From Candidatus Thorarchaeota archaeon (GTDB lineage: Archaea; Asgardarchaeota; Thorarchaeia; Thorarchaeales; Thorarchaeaceae), in contig JBHLQH010000013.1 of the NCBI GenBank assembly GCA_048884965.1, forward strand, positions 27,429 to 91,428: a stretch of DNA of 64,000 bases, written 5' to 3'. The translations under genes were made by a program, and so were the position numbers. The notes beneath the pieces are model-generated. The model was not told the DNA's origin, made no database searches, and saw nothing but the letters and a program-made list of their open reading frames with translations. Each line of letters begins with the position of its first letter. Positions within the stretch are counted from its first letter, which is position 1. This document shows positions 17,796 to 27,673 of this stretch, one piece after another.

Positions 17796-19430
17796 TTGGA
17801 TCGAGAACATATTGAGATTAGATTGGAAGGAGAAGACCTCGAGTACTACGAAACCACTATGTCTGCCATTCAGCTTTGGAAAGATGATAAAAAGAAAGAG
17901 GCAATAGAAAAGCTACAGGGTCTAGTGGAAAAATTCCCTGATGTGCCAGGAGTATATCATCACCTATCTGGATATCTACATGAAACGGGGTCAAGAGATA
18001 AGGCATATGGCCTTGTAGAGAAGGCAATATCGTTAGATGAGAATAATCCAGATTCATATATTCAAAAGGCTAAGCTTGCTACAATGGATGGCAACTTTGA
18101 GGATGCATCTGAACTTGTCGATTTAGCATTGAGCAAGACAGTAAATATTTACCTCACATTTCTGGTTGCCGCACAAGTTTTCTCAGACTATGGGATGGAT
18201 GAAAAAGCAGTAGAGATTTACGAAGAAGGAGTCAAACGAATTCCACAGAGTGGAGCCATCTGGCGAGACTATGCTAAACTGTACTCGGAGAAATTTGCAT
18301 TCGAGAAAGCCATTGATGTTATGAAGCGCGGTGTCAATGCTGCAGGAAATGATAAAGAATTACTACTGGATTTTGCCATTCTTACTGGCGGACTTGGTAT
18401 TACAGAACTTGCCATCCCAGTAATAAAGGCGTATGAAAAACTGTCGCCTGATGATAAAGACCACTATGTCAATTTAGCAAGAATGTATATGGCAAGCATG
18501 GAACTTAATTCTGCAGAGGATGCAATCAAGAAGGCTTTGAAAAGAGACAAGATGAATGATAAGGCATGGATGGCGAAGGCATCACTAGCAAAATTCAGAG
18601 GAAAACAGAAAGATGCAGACAAAGCATACGATGAAATGATTAAGATAAATAGAAGAAACGAAGGCCTCGTCAATACCATTCGGTCAACACCAGCAATCAG
18701 ATCAACTGAAGTCATTTCTCAATATATTGCGATTCAAAATCTTCGCACCACACTAGAAAGTATCCAAAGAGGCGATCAGCAATCAACGGTTGAAAACCTA
18801 AAGAAGGCAATCAAATCAGGCACTGAACTTTGGTTAGAAGAAACCCTTGTTTCCGCAGCAAAGTCAGATGATACCAAATTGGGACTGCTAAAATTGCTTA
18901 CATCTGTAATTGAAACCTCTGGTGACAAAAAGAAAAACATCGGAATCCTTCATAGAGCAACCAAGCAGTTTCCAGACGATTCTACATTGTGGATGAACCT
19001 TGCAGTATCATCGTACAACATTCGAAGCTATCACGGAGCATTGAAAGCAATCGAAAAGGCAAAGAGCATTGATCCCAGCATAAAAGGCGCAAATGGATTA
19101 CATGGCAGGATTTCAATCAATCTGGATGATTATGACCAGGGTTATGTCTTAACAAAACTAGCGTATGAAGAGAATCCCAAAGATATCTCGAACCTCACAT
19201 TTCTCGTAGCAAGCTGTATTGAGCTGAAGAAATTTGATGAAGCGGAGCGGTATAACAATGAGGGCTTGGATCTCAATCCCAAAGTACCATATTTCTATGG
19301 ATACAAAGCTCATATCGAACATCACCATGGCAGACTGGAAGAAGCAAAGCAATCTCTAGAGGCATGCTCGAAGATTGACCCAAATATCGCAAAGGAATTC
19401 GAAGAGGAGATCAATGAGATATCCAAATAA
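17796..19430 (+). CDS. Large TPR-repeat protein
   Basis: Multiple TPR-like helical repeats (KAISLDENNP, KALKRD, KAKSIDP, GLDLNP); GGAGG SD. Confidence 0.8.
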   Translation: MDREHIEIRLEGEDLEYYETTMSAIQLWKDDKKKEAIEKLQGLVEKFPDVPGVYHHLSGYLHETGSRDKAYGLVEKAISLDENNPDSYIQKAKLATMDGNFEDASELVDLALSKTVNIYLTFLVAAQVFSDYGMDEKAVEIYEEGVKRIPQSGAIWRDYAKLYSEKFAFEKAIDVMKRGVNAAGNDKELLLDFAILTGGLGITELAIPVIKAYEKLSPDDKDHYVNLARMYMASMELNSAEDAIKKALKRDKMNDKAWMAKASLAKFRGKQKDADKAYDEMIKINRRNEGLVNTIRSTPAIRSTEVISQYIAIQNLRTTLESIQRGDQQSTVENLKKAIKSGTELWLEETLVSAAKSDDTKLGLLKLLTSVIETSGDKKKNIGILHRATKQFPDDSTLWMNLAVSSYNIRSYHGALKAIEKAKSIDPSIKGANGLHGRISINLDDYDQGYVLTKLAYEENPKDISNLTFLVASCIELKKFDEAERYNNEGLDLNPKVPYFYGYKAHIEHHHGRLEEAKQSLEACSKIDPNIAKEFEEEINEISK

Positions 19431-19634
19431 ATCAAATCCTTGAGGGCATCTTTCCTGTAAGGAAGTATGAGAATTCTGAATCTCCAAAGGACACTCTTCT
19501 AGCAAACAACGAAGATTTAAACAAATACTATTGGAGGATATTCGTTCCTCCTCTTTCATTGTTTAGGAAGAGTGAATATCACTGCTATAGGATTATATCT
19601 GTAGGAATTCAATTTTACTCTGAGGAGATACTAA

Positions 19635-19916
19635 GTGGCTAAAGCAGGGAACAAATGTCGGTCGTGTGGTGCGACTGTTTCAATAAAAGAGAGATATTGT
19701 CCAAAGTGCGGGAAAGAAATCCTTCAGAGAAGACTAACAAAAGACTTCTCAGGCGTACTTCATCAACAAGGTCGTGTAGTGATAGATGACGACTGGAGCG
19801 AAGAAAGCCAATTGCATTCAAAATCAGAAAGAGTTGCTAGTGTAAGATGCGAATCGTGTGGGTCAATCAACACTGTATCGAGCAAGCAGTGCAATCACTG
19901 CGGAGCTAGTCTCTAA
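19635..19916 (+). CDS. Double zinc-ribbon protein
   Basis: CRSCG..CPKCG and CESCG..CNHCG; GAGGAG SD. Confidence 0.8.
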   Translation: MAKAGNKCRSCGATVSIKERYCPKCGKEILQRRLTKDFSGVLHQQGRVVIDDDWSEESQLHSKSERVASVRCESCGSINTVSSKQCNHCGASL

Positions 19917-20127
19917 CTTTCATCGGATTCCTCAGAAGTAATTTCCGAAGTACAAGAATAGAATCAGGGCCATTAGTTAAGTCACATTGAATCAATATCA
20001 AGATTCAAGCAATCACACGGATTGGGATATACTTGCCAGTTTGCTCAATACAAATCATTCATTCATCTCATATCTCGTCATCATCCCAGCATACAATTCC
20101 TATTCCTTCTCCGCAAGGGAGATTTAA

Positions 20128-21201
20128 GTGCAAAGAAATGTAATTCGACATTCGCCAATTTGCATGAAGAGGAGAAGCTTTCTTGTGAATGACATCTCAA
20201 AAGTAAGACTCATCCGTCGAAAGGCCTTCCAAGACAAATCTCATCTCACGATTGCAGACTGTGTGGATCAGAATCTCATAGATGACATTCGCATTGCTTC
20301 TGCAAATGCAAGCTCCTTTTGCTTCGAGATCTTGGATGGGAACAAATTCGATACCACCTTGATTGGTATGATACCAAGCATAGAATATCTTAGTATCACA
20401 AAAGGAACCGATATTGAGTCAATCAATCTTCAAGGATTAGCTTCTATGAAACGCTTATTGAATTTCGAACTTGATCTGGGTCCAAAGAAACCATTAGCAT
20501 GTCTTGACTTATCTCCACTCGGAGGACACGAGAGAATTCTTTCAATCAATCTAGCTTGCCTGATCAAAAAACTGAAACTAGATGGTCTAGGAGCATGCCC
20601 CAAACTGGAAGCATTTTCAATATCCTCCTTTGTATCTGGAGTCCTAGACCTTTCACAACTATCCGGTGCATCGATGTTGAGATCCATTTTCATTGGCGAT
20701 CTTGGCCGTGAGGTAGAAGAGAAGCAGAAGATAAGAATCGTACTACCTAAAAACACTCACCTCAGATCTTTGCAAATCTCCAACCCAGTGAATTCATTTG
20801 TAACTCCAGATGTCGACTTTTCATTTTGTCAAAGCACGAAAGTAATGGATGATATTTCACTTACTGGATGCAACCTGCGTGATTTTGATCTTGAACCCCT
20901 AACGGCGCTTGAAAGGATTGGTAGGATTGATCTTCGTCAGAATTCAATTTCACGCTTGAATCTAACTCCACTCCTTGAGATGCCAATGCTGAGCATGAAT
21001 AATCTGGGAAGCCAACCATTTCAAATAGATAATACTGTGGTTCTCCAAATTGATAGCAGCAGGAAGAAGGAAATTGAAGGAATCCTTGAGATTCCAGATT
21101 ACACCAACGAAGACCATTTTGGAGATTATCCTATCGAGTATGTATTTGGACATCAATGGCTGGGATCTCTATTGTCCAAGCATTCAATAGAATGGATCTA
21201 G
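20128..21201 (+). CDS. Leucine-rich repeat protein
   Basis: Repeats such as LDLSPL, LDLSQL, FDLEPL and IDLRQNSISRLNLTPL; true start may be slightly downstream. Confidence 0.7.
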   Translation: MQRNVIRHSPICMKRRSFLVNDISKVRLIRRKAFQDKSHLTIADCVDQNLIDDIRIASANASSFCFEILDGNKFDTTLIGMIPSIEYLSITKGTDIESINLQGLASMKRLLNFELDLGPKKPLACLDLSPLGGHERILSINLACLIKKLKLDGLGACPKLEAFSISSFVSGVLDLSQLSGASMLRSIFIGDLGREVEEKQKIRIVLPKNTHLRSLQISNPVNSFVTPDVDFSFCQSTKVMDDISLTGCNLRDFDLEPLTALERIGRIDLRQNSISRLNLTPLLEMPMLSMNNLGSQPFQIDNTVVLQIDSSRKKEIEGILEIPDYTNEDHFGDYPIEYVFGHQWLGSLLSKHSIEWI

Positions 21202-21283
21202 TTCGGGGATTTATGATTCATCCAATTTCGTTAATTGGCTTTGAGGAACACATTTTTCTATACGGTTTCTTTGATTCACAATC

Positions 21284-22477
21284 ATGTCCGGTCAACTGAA
21301 GAAATGCAATACTGATGACAAAGAGGAAATCTGGGACCTGGTTTCATACGCATATGGTGTACCTGAAACTTCACGTGAAGGATTCCTAGAAAGGTTAGAT
21401 ATTATCTCAAAGGAGTTCTATATCTACAAGGTCGATGATGTACCTGTCGCAGCTGCGAGAATGCTACCCTTCAAGCAGAATATTAGAGGGCTTCTCAAAC
21501 CAATGGGAGGTATTGGAATGGTCGCAAGCTCTCCTGAGCATAGAAGAATGGGATACGTGCATGAGCTTATGATTGCGATACTAAAGGAGCTCAAAAAACA
21601 AGGCTATGCTACAAGTACTCTATACCCATTCAAAGACACGTTCTACATGGCTGTTGGATATACTAAGATGCCAATGTCGAGAATACTAGAAGTTGACCCA
21701 CGTACTCTATCTGGGGTGTCGATGCCAGAAGGATACTCTGTAAAACGCGAGTCTGGTGACGATGTGTTCAAGCTCTGGAGAGAGATCCATGAGGGAATGG
21801 TTCTTGAAACCCATGGAGCTGTCATGCGAAATGATGATCGCTGGATGGAACGAACCAGTGCCTTTAGAGCGAAAGCTGCAGTAGCAAGGAACTCTTCAGG
21901 AAAACCTGAAGGAATCATGACCTTTGGCATCAAGGGGTATGGCGATGGACATGCATGGTCAGAACCGGGACAGCTCAGCATAGGAGACTTTCATTGGACA
22001 TCTATCGAGGCTAGAAACGCTATTCTGAACTTCATTTTCAGACATGCTGATCAAATCACAAAAGTGAATATCCTGATTAATTCTCGAACGGATGATTACT
22101 ATCATTGGCTGACCAATATTCACACACCAACATTGAAGTCAGGTATCTTCAACATGGCGAGAATTGTAGACATCCAGACGGCGTTCTCAGAGATGCGAAC
22201 CGAGAAGGAAGGAAATTTGAAGCTCAGAGTTGTGGATAAACAGCTGGACTCCAATTCCTCAGGATATGAGTTCATTTCGCAAGGGGGCAATCTACAGGTA
22301 GAAACGACTAAGGAGGAACCTACCACAAAGATATCCATCGAAGGTCTTACTGCTGTGCTTTATGGAACCCTCAATGAGGCACAACTTCGAAGATTGGGAT
22401 GGCTTTCTGGAGAGTCACCTGAATTAATGTTCAATTGGTTTGGCAGCGCTACGCCTTGGCTAACAGAGGATTTCTGA
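21284..22477 (+). CDS. Eis-family GNAT acetyltransferase with SCP2-like C-terminus
   Basis: GIGMVASSPEHRRMG, LYPF..FY..GY, ARIVD, and C-terminal EDF. Confidence 0.88.
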   Translation: MSGQLKKCNTDDKEEIWDLVSYAYGVPETSREGFLERLDIISKEFYIYKVDDVPVAAARMLPFKQNIRGLLKPMGGIGMVASSPEHRRMGYVHELMIAILKELKKQGYATSTLYPFKDTFYMAVGYTKMPMSRILEVDPRTLSGVSMPEGYSVKRESGDDVFKLWREIHEGMVLETHGAVMRNDDRWMERTSAFRAKAAVARNSSGKPEGIMTFGIKGYGDGHAWSEPGQLSIGDFHWTSIEARNAILNFIFRHADQITKVNILINSRTDDYYHWLTNIHTPTLKSGIFNMARIVDIQTAFSEMRTEKEGNLKLRVVDKQLDSNSSGYEFISQGGNLQVETTKEEPTTKISIEGLTAVLYGTLNEAQLRRLGWLSGESPELMFNWFGSATPWLTEDF

Positions 22478-22519
22478 AAAGAGAAAATGAAGGGAGAGCC
22501 CCTCGGTGAGGGACATCCC
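22478..22519 (-). terminator. Hairpin plus T tract between convergent genes
   Basis: CCCTC-ggt-GAGGG with flanking GGGA/TCCC; minus-strand TTCATTTTCTCTTTT follows. Confidence 0.5.
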
Positions 22520-22523
22520 GATT

Positions 22524-23198
22524 CTATAGTAATCCTTGAGGTCGAGGATTGAATTTCAATGATGCATATCTTGCATCGCCAGGTTCGTGAGTAGACTTGA
22601 GCTCACGTTTGTAACGTTCATAATCATCCTCACACTTTCCTTCAAGCTGGAACTTGGTGTATTTCAATTTGATTTCGTTCTTCGTTATATGCTGAATGAA
22701 AGGCATGGGGATTAGCAAGTCTAAATCTGGCTGGATACCAATCTTCTCAAGAAACTCTTCGAAAGAACCCCCACTCGCTACCAGCCATGGTGCTCCATCG
22801 AAATCAAACCAAATATCAATGGCACGTCCTACTTTCATCCCATCTGAATCTATGATCGGCAATTTTGAGAATTCTGAGAGTCGCATATCATGCTCAGTAA
22901 TTGTGCCCTCATCTAAAGTAGTCTTCAGACTCTCAACATCTGTAATCAATACAACATCCTCAGTAATTTGAGAGATGCAATCCATCTGAAAGACTGGATC
23001 AATATCAGGCTTGAGTCCTATTGACTCCATGAATTCCTCAATTCTGCCGCCTCCTAGGACGATTGATTTCAGGGCTACTTTGTTCTCAGCAAAGGTAATG
23101 ATGAAATCATTGACCTGTCCTGCTTCTTTGTTACTTGAATCAATTACTTTCTTGTTCATCAACTGGCTAAATCGAATCCCACAACACTGGTATGGCAA
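22524..23198 (-). CDS. Tandem PRC-barrel domain protein
   Basis: Two internal repeats: FSQLMNKKVIDSSNKEAGQV / LSEFSKLPIIDSDGMKVGRA and EEFMESIGLKPDID / EEFLEKIGIQPDLD. Confidence 0.8.
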   Translation of the reverse strand: MPYQCCGIRFSQLMNKKVIDSSNKEAGQVNDFIITFAENKVALKSIVLGGGRIEEFMESIGLKPDIDPVFQMDCISQITEDVVLITDVESLKTTLDEGTITEHDMRLSEFSKLPIIDSDGMKVGRAIDIWFDFDGAPWLVASGGSFEEFLEKIGIQPDLDLLIPMPFIQHITKNEIKLKYTKFQLEGKCEDDYERYKRELKSTHEPGDARYASLKFNPRPQGLL

Positions 23199-23266
23199 AA
23201 GGATTCACCTCTTATTAACTATAGTGAAATGCTAGCTATATAAGCTTAGCTCAAGCATCGTTTTCC

Positions 23267-23536
23267 TTAGACTATTGTCATCATCCAGATGATGATTGCT
23301 ACCATAATAAGTAGTATAGCAAGCATCCCAGTGATACAAGGAAGTCGTTGGTCAAGAACGCGATACGATTTCACAAAGGAGCACTGACCTATAAAGTCGC
23401 CGCCTATCCATAGCATGCATTCTCTAGTGATACAGCTACCCTCACGGAATGGGCAATCTCTAACAGGAACTGGTTTCTTGGGTGCAAACATCACACTCAT
23501 CTTAGGTGAAATGACATGAACCTGACTATTAATCAT
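23267..23536 (-). CDS. Small Cys-rich protein with a C-terminal TM helix
   Basis: CPF..SC...C..W..C cluster and a hydrophobic tail; start uncertain. Confidence 0.55.
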   Translation of the reverse strand: MINSQVHVISPKMSVMFAPKKPVPVRDCPFREGSCITRECMLWIGGDFIGQCSFVKSYRVLDQRLPCITGMLAILLIMVAIIIWMMTIV

Positions 23537-23655
23537 GCTGGAACATGGAGATTCATTCCAAGATTATACTTGATTGCTTTGCAAGCCTCATTTCTAAAAT
23601 GCACTTGCAACTCTAAGGCTCAAATACTCTTAAAGTGAGAATCGAAAATAGAATG

Positions 23656-23680
23656 AGATGGAGCCCATCAGGGCTCATCT
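23656..23680 (-). terminator. Hairpin after the 23693 gene
   Basis: AGATgGAGCCC-atca-GGGCTCATCT followed by a T-rich tract on the minus strand. Confidence 0.5.
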
Positions 23681-23692
23681 GATAGGATTATT

Positions 23693-23995
23693 CTAATAGA
23701 CTTCTCTAGGACTGTGGTGAAGCTTGTCAGGCAATTGACCACCTTCACCTAGAACCTCTAGATCATGATTGCGACCTGCACGACCACCGCTCCTGAGAAG
23801 GAAGCCGGTCTTAGTGATGCCACGAGCTTGACGCTCAGCAGCTCGCTTCGTGATCATTGATACCCCAGAGGGGACGGTCATAAGTAACTTCTTCCGCCCT
23901 TCATCGATTGCTAGAAGGATAGCATCTTCAGCCGTGACCCTTGTGGTCTCTTGAAACTGGGATGCTGAAGGATTGAACTCAAGATAGACTGGCAT
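23693..23995 (-). CDS. Small conserved-looking protein, possibly a single gelsolin-like domain
   Basis: About 100 aa; pattern EDAILLAIDEGRKKLLM..S.ITKRAAERQARGI recalls the gelsolin strand-strand-helix core. Start taken at ATG 23995. Confidence 0.45.
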   Translation of the reverse strand: MPVYLEFNPSASQFQETTRVTAEDAILLAIDEGRKKLLMTVPSGVSMITKRAAERQARGITKTGFLLRSGGRAGRNHDLEVLGEGGQLPDKLHHSPREVY

Positions 23996-24089
23996 TGCAA
24001 CAACAACTCCCAATGAGTTTTCGTTACTCTTGTCTATGAGCCTTATAATAAAATCTCGCGCGTCCTAGAGAGCTAGGACACTTTGAAGA

Positions 24090-24788
24090 CTAGGTCGGAA
24101 GTAAGTGAGCAGTCCTGCAATGTGAACAGACTACTGCTTCTTCCCAATATTCTGGGAGCGGCAATGGTGCGCCACAATTTTGACACTTCAGTTCCTTGAT
24201 CTCTGAGCGTTCTTCAGGAGATATATCCAGACGAAAGACCTTCTCTGCAACATCAGAGATTCCCTTGCCAATCTTCTCAGCAGCCCTTGCAACTGCACTC
24301 GTTTCTCTGTCAGTGAGAGAGCCAAGACCAACAGCTTTGAAGAAGGTCTCGATGGCTTGACCAACACGACTTATGAAATCGCCAATAGACCTACCTCTCC
24401 TCCAATCCCGAACCGCTGCAAGATGAACCTCTATTAGCTCGTTATCAGGATGACCGGGAATCTCGTATCCCTTTTGCCAATTGATCTTTTTATCACGCTT
24501 TGGCGATAAAATCTGACCACAGCCAGGACATTCCAAACGATATTCTTTGGAGAAGAAACCCTTCTTGTGTGTCTTCTCTCCATGATTATACCAGCATCGC
24601 TTATGAGCGACCTTACTACAGTTTGGACACGGAAATAGGAAATATCTCTCAGGTTTGTGTTTCAAAGATTGTCCCACTGCATTTGGCACATATGCAAGAT
24701 CAGCCATCGTATTGGTCAGCAAATCTTTTCCGCAAATGAAACAGGGTCGATCCTTGAATTTGTCCATCTTGTCAGCTGTGAGTTTCAT
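24090..24788 (-). CDS. C4HC3 (RINGv/PHD-like) finger plus C-terminal zinc-ribbon protein
   Basis: CFIC..CPNC-x4-H-x2-C..CPGC, then CQNC..CSHC. Confidence 0.7.
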   Translation of the reverse strand: MKLTADKMDKFKDRPCFICGKDLLTNTMADLAYVPNAVGQSLKHKPERYFLFPCPNCSKVAHKRCWYNHGEKTHKKGFFSKEYRLECPGCGQILSPKRDKKINWQKGYEIPGHPDNELIEVHLAAVRDWRRGRSIGDFISRVGQAIETFFKAVGLGSLTDRETSAVARAAEKIGKGISDVAEKVFRLDISPEERSEIKELKCQNCGAPLPLPEYWEEAVVCSHCRTAHLLPT

Positions 24789-24949
24789 CTTCTCGCCTCA
24801 ATCGAGAAAGGACTCTGAGAACTATTAAGGTATTTTGCTTTGGCATCAACATGAATTTTGCCTAGTTATTTGCCGTCCTGAGGAGGATTTTTGAAGTACG
24901 AAAGGATAAAAGAAGGCCAAACTCCTATCCCGAGAAGGGGTGCAAGAAC

Positions 24950-27667
24950 ATGACTCCCGAGCCCTATATTCTATCACTTAATCAAATAGCAGCAAATTCC
25001 ATATCTCTCGTTGGAGGAAAGGCGGCAAAGCTGGGAGAGATGAAACAGAATGGATTCAATGTTCCAGACGGATTCGTTCTGACCACAAGTGCCTATAGAC
25101 ATCTCGTGGAGAGTTCCGATTTTCAGAAACAACTCTTAGAGGTGATTGGAGCTATTGACTATGATGATGCGAGCTCGATTCAAACTGCATCAACGAATCT
25201 TGCTAAGATAGTAAACCAAATGGAAATCCCTGATACCATTCTCACCCAAATTAAGGGCACTTATGGGTCTCTAATGGAGAAGCGTGTTGCTGTTAGATCA
25301 TCTGCGACGGCTGAGGACCTGCAGGAAGCGTCCTTTGCCGGACAGTACGAAACATTCCTTAATGTGAAAGGAATGAGTGATCTAGTCACCAATATCAGAA
25401 AATGCTATGCATCTCTTTGGACCCCAAGAGCAATCTCCTACCGTTATAGAAATAAGATTCCTCATGACGCCGTAAGAATAGCAGTTCTTGTACAGTCAAT
25501 GGTTGACGCGGATAGAGCGGGTGTCCTATTTACTGATGATCCAACAGTCCCCTCACAAACCCAGATGTTGATCGAATCGAACTTTGGACTAGGAGAGTCC
25601 GTTGTATCAGGAGTTGCTACACCAGACCGATATGTAGTATCCCGGAAAGATAATCCTCGATACAAGGAGCATAGGCTTCTCTTCTCTGAGATAGGAACAA
25701 AGGATGTGATAATCCGCTCAGGAGGTATTACTGAAACAGGTGTTACTACTTCTACAACGACAGATGCGATTAGTCAAAAAGCATCATTGAGTGAAGATGA
25801 AGCGATACAACTTGCTGAGATAGGGTACTCATTAGAGAGATTCTTCAAAGGACCTCAGGATGTTGAATGGGCGATTGATACATCAGGGAATCTACATGTA
25901 CTTCAATCCCGACCAATCACTGTACAGCGACACAGCGAAAGCCAGGAGATTCTATGGAGTAGGGGTTATTCTGATGACTACTGGAACGATAATGTCACCC
26001 CCCTTTTCTTCGATCTCTTGGGAGATCAAATCAAGTACATTGTGAATGTTGAATTGAATCAAATCATGGGCTATAAGGGAATGCCCTCAGAGATTCTCAA
26101 ATTGTATAAGGCTCATGCGTATTTCAATCTTGAAGTCATCCGGAACAAAGTTGTCAATGAGATACCACCCTTCCTCCGATCAGATGATGTCCTGAATTAT
26201 TTCCCTGAAGGAAATGGTCCCTATGGAAAGGAAACAATGAGAAACCTTCCATTTGCCACCAAGAATCGTATACTGGCTGAGATTCGTGTGATGGCTTTTG
26301 ATTCTCAAGGAAGCATGACAAAGACCGCCGATGAGTACAAGAAATGGACAGAGGAGGAATTCATCCCTTATCTGGATAAATTCGATTCGAATCTTGGGAA
26401 GCTAACAGATCAAGATCAGCTGGCCGAATTATGGGAACTCGCTAAAGAGATTGACAAAGTTATGATTCGTCATTTTCGTATGGTCAGGTATGGAATCCCA
26501 GTCCACAATATTGGCATGAACCTCATTGTCAATTATCTACTTAGACGATGGATGGGAGAATCTCGTGCCGTGCGGCTTTTCCCGCTATTGGTCACAGGCT
26601 TGAAACACAAGACGAATGAAACAAATCAAAGACTCTCAGAACTAGCAAATCTCGGTAGGAGAATGGATGACGTAAGGAAATTGATTCTTGGTACACCGTC
26701 AGACCAATTGTATTCGGAGTTTGAGAAGCAGGATAACGAGGATAAGAAACAATTCTTTCTTTCCTTTAGCAAGTTCTTGGAAGACTTTGGTGTCAGGGGG
26801 TATACCAGAGAGCCATATTATCCTCGATGGGGTGAGAAACCATCCCTTGTGTTTGATATTCTGAAACCACTAATGGCAGCCCAAGGAAGCGATCCCCTCG
26901 ATCAGGATAGCCGCGTAACCCAGATGCGATTAGACGCAGAGGAAGAGGTTGAAGCGGGCATTAAAAGCACTAGAAATGGAAAGATCAAGTGGATGCTTTT
27001 CAACACCATCCTAGGCATGAGTCGCACATACATTGCTTTCAGAGAAGACCAACGTTTCAATCTTGATAGATGGATCACACGGAATCGAGCATTGTTCCTA
27101 CAGATGGGGAGGATTCTCAAGCACAGAGGAGTGATTGAGCGACCTGAGGATATCTTCTTCTTCTATAAATCGGAGATAAAGCTGATAGTGAACAATGGAC
27201 CTGAGACCCTCCCTATATTGCTCGAGAAGCTTCGAGAACGGAAAAAGGAATTCGATGAGAATGAAGATATGACTCCACCAAAGTTCATTCAAGGTTCTCG
27301 AGTTTACAATGACAGGCTCGGACATTCGGAGGATGACACAACGCTAGTAGGCTTACCTGCAAGCCAGGGAACTCTCACTGGATATGTGAGGGTCCTCAGA
27401 AAAATCGAAGAGATTCCACTTGTCAAGGAAGGTGAAATCCTTGTTGTACCAAGGACGGATCCAGGATGGACACCAGTCTTTGCTCAAATTGGAGGATTGG
27501 TCACTGAAACAGGGGGAATCCTATCTCATGGTGCTGTAGTTTCGAGGGAATACTGCATACCAGCTGTTACTAATATTAGACAGGCCTGCGACATATTGAA
27601 AACAGGTCAAAGAATAACTGTCGATGGAAACAAGGGTACGATAACATTTCATGATGACCATGAGTGA
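24950..27667 (+). CDS. PEP-utilising dikinase of rifampin phosphotransferase/PigC architecture
   Basis: VGGKAAKL, VRSSATAED..SFAGQYETF and DVEWA..LQSRPIT; central helical domain; C-terminal swivel with TDPGWTP and GGILSHGAVVSRE. Confidence 0.88.
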   Translation: MTPEPYILSLNQIAANSISLVGGKAAKLGEMKQNGFNVPDGFVLTTSAYRHLVESSDFQKQLLEVIGAIDYDDASSIQTASTNLAKIVNQMEIPDTILTQIKGTYGSLMEKRVAVRSSATAEDLQEASFAGQYETFLNVKGMSDLVTNIRKCYASLWTPRAISYRYRNKIPHDAVRIAVLVQSMVDADRAGVLFTDDPTVPSQTQMLIESNFGLGESVVSGVATPDRYVVSRKDNPRYKEHRLLFSEIGTKDVIIRSGGITETGVTTSTTTDAISQKASLSEDEAIQLAEIGYSLERFFKGPQDVEWAIDTSGNLHVLQSRPITVQRHSESQEILWSRGYSDDYWNDNVTPLFFDLLGDQIKYIVNVELNQIMGYKGMPSEILKLYKAHAYFNLEVIRNKVVNEIPPFLRSDDVLNYFPEGNGPYGKETMRNLPFATKNRILAEIRVMAFDSQGSMTKTADEYKKWTEEEFIPYLDKFDSNLGKLTDQDQLAELWELAKEIDKVMIRHFRMVRYGIPVHNIGMNLIVNYLLRRWMGESRAVRLFPLLVTGLKHKTNETNQRLSELANLGRRMDDVRKLILGTPSDQLYSEFEKQDNEDKKQFFLSFSKFLEDFGVRGYTREPYYPRWGEKPSLVFDILKPLMAAQGSDPLDQDSRVTQMRLDAEEEVEAGIKSTRNGKIKWMLFNTILGMSRTYIAFREDQRFNLDRWITRNRALFLQMGRILKHRGVIERPEDIFFFYKSEIKLIVNNGPETLPILLEKLRERKKEFDENEDMTPPKFIQGSRVYNDRLGHSEDDTTLVGLPASQGTLTGYVRVLRKIEEIPLVKEGEILVVPRTDPGWTPVFAQIGGLVTETGGILSHGAVVSREYCIPAVTNIRQACDILKTGQRITVDGNKGTITFHDDHE

Positions 27668-27673
27668 TTCACG

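Noticed and set aside
24950-27667. Annotation as ppsA or as a rifampin resistance gene
   Set aside because: Lacks the pyruvate-binding C-terminal barrel of PpsA; the RPH-like architecture alone does not establish rifampin as substrate.
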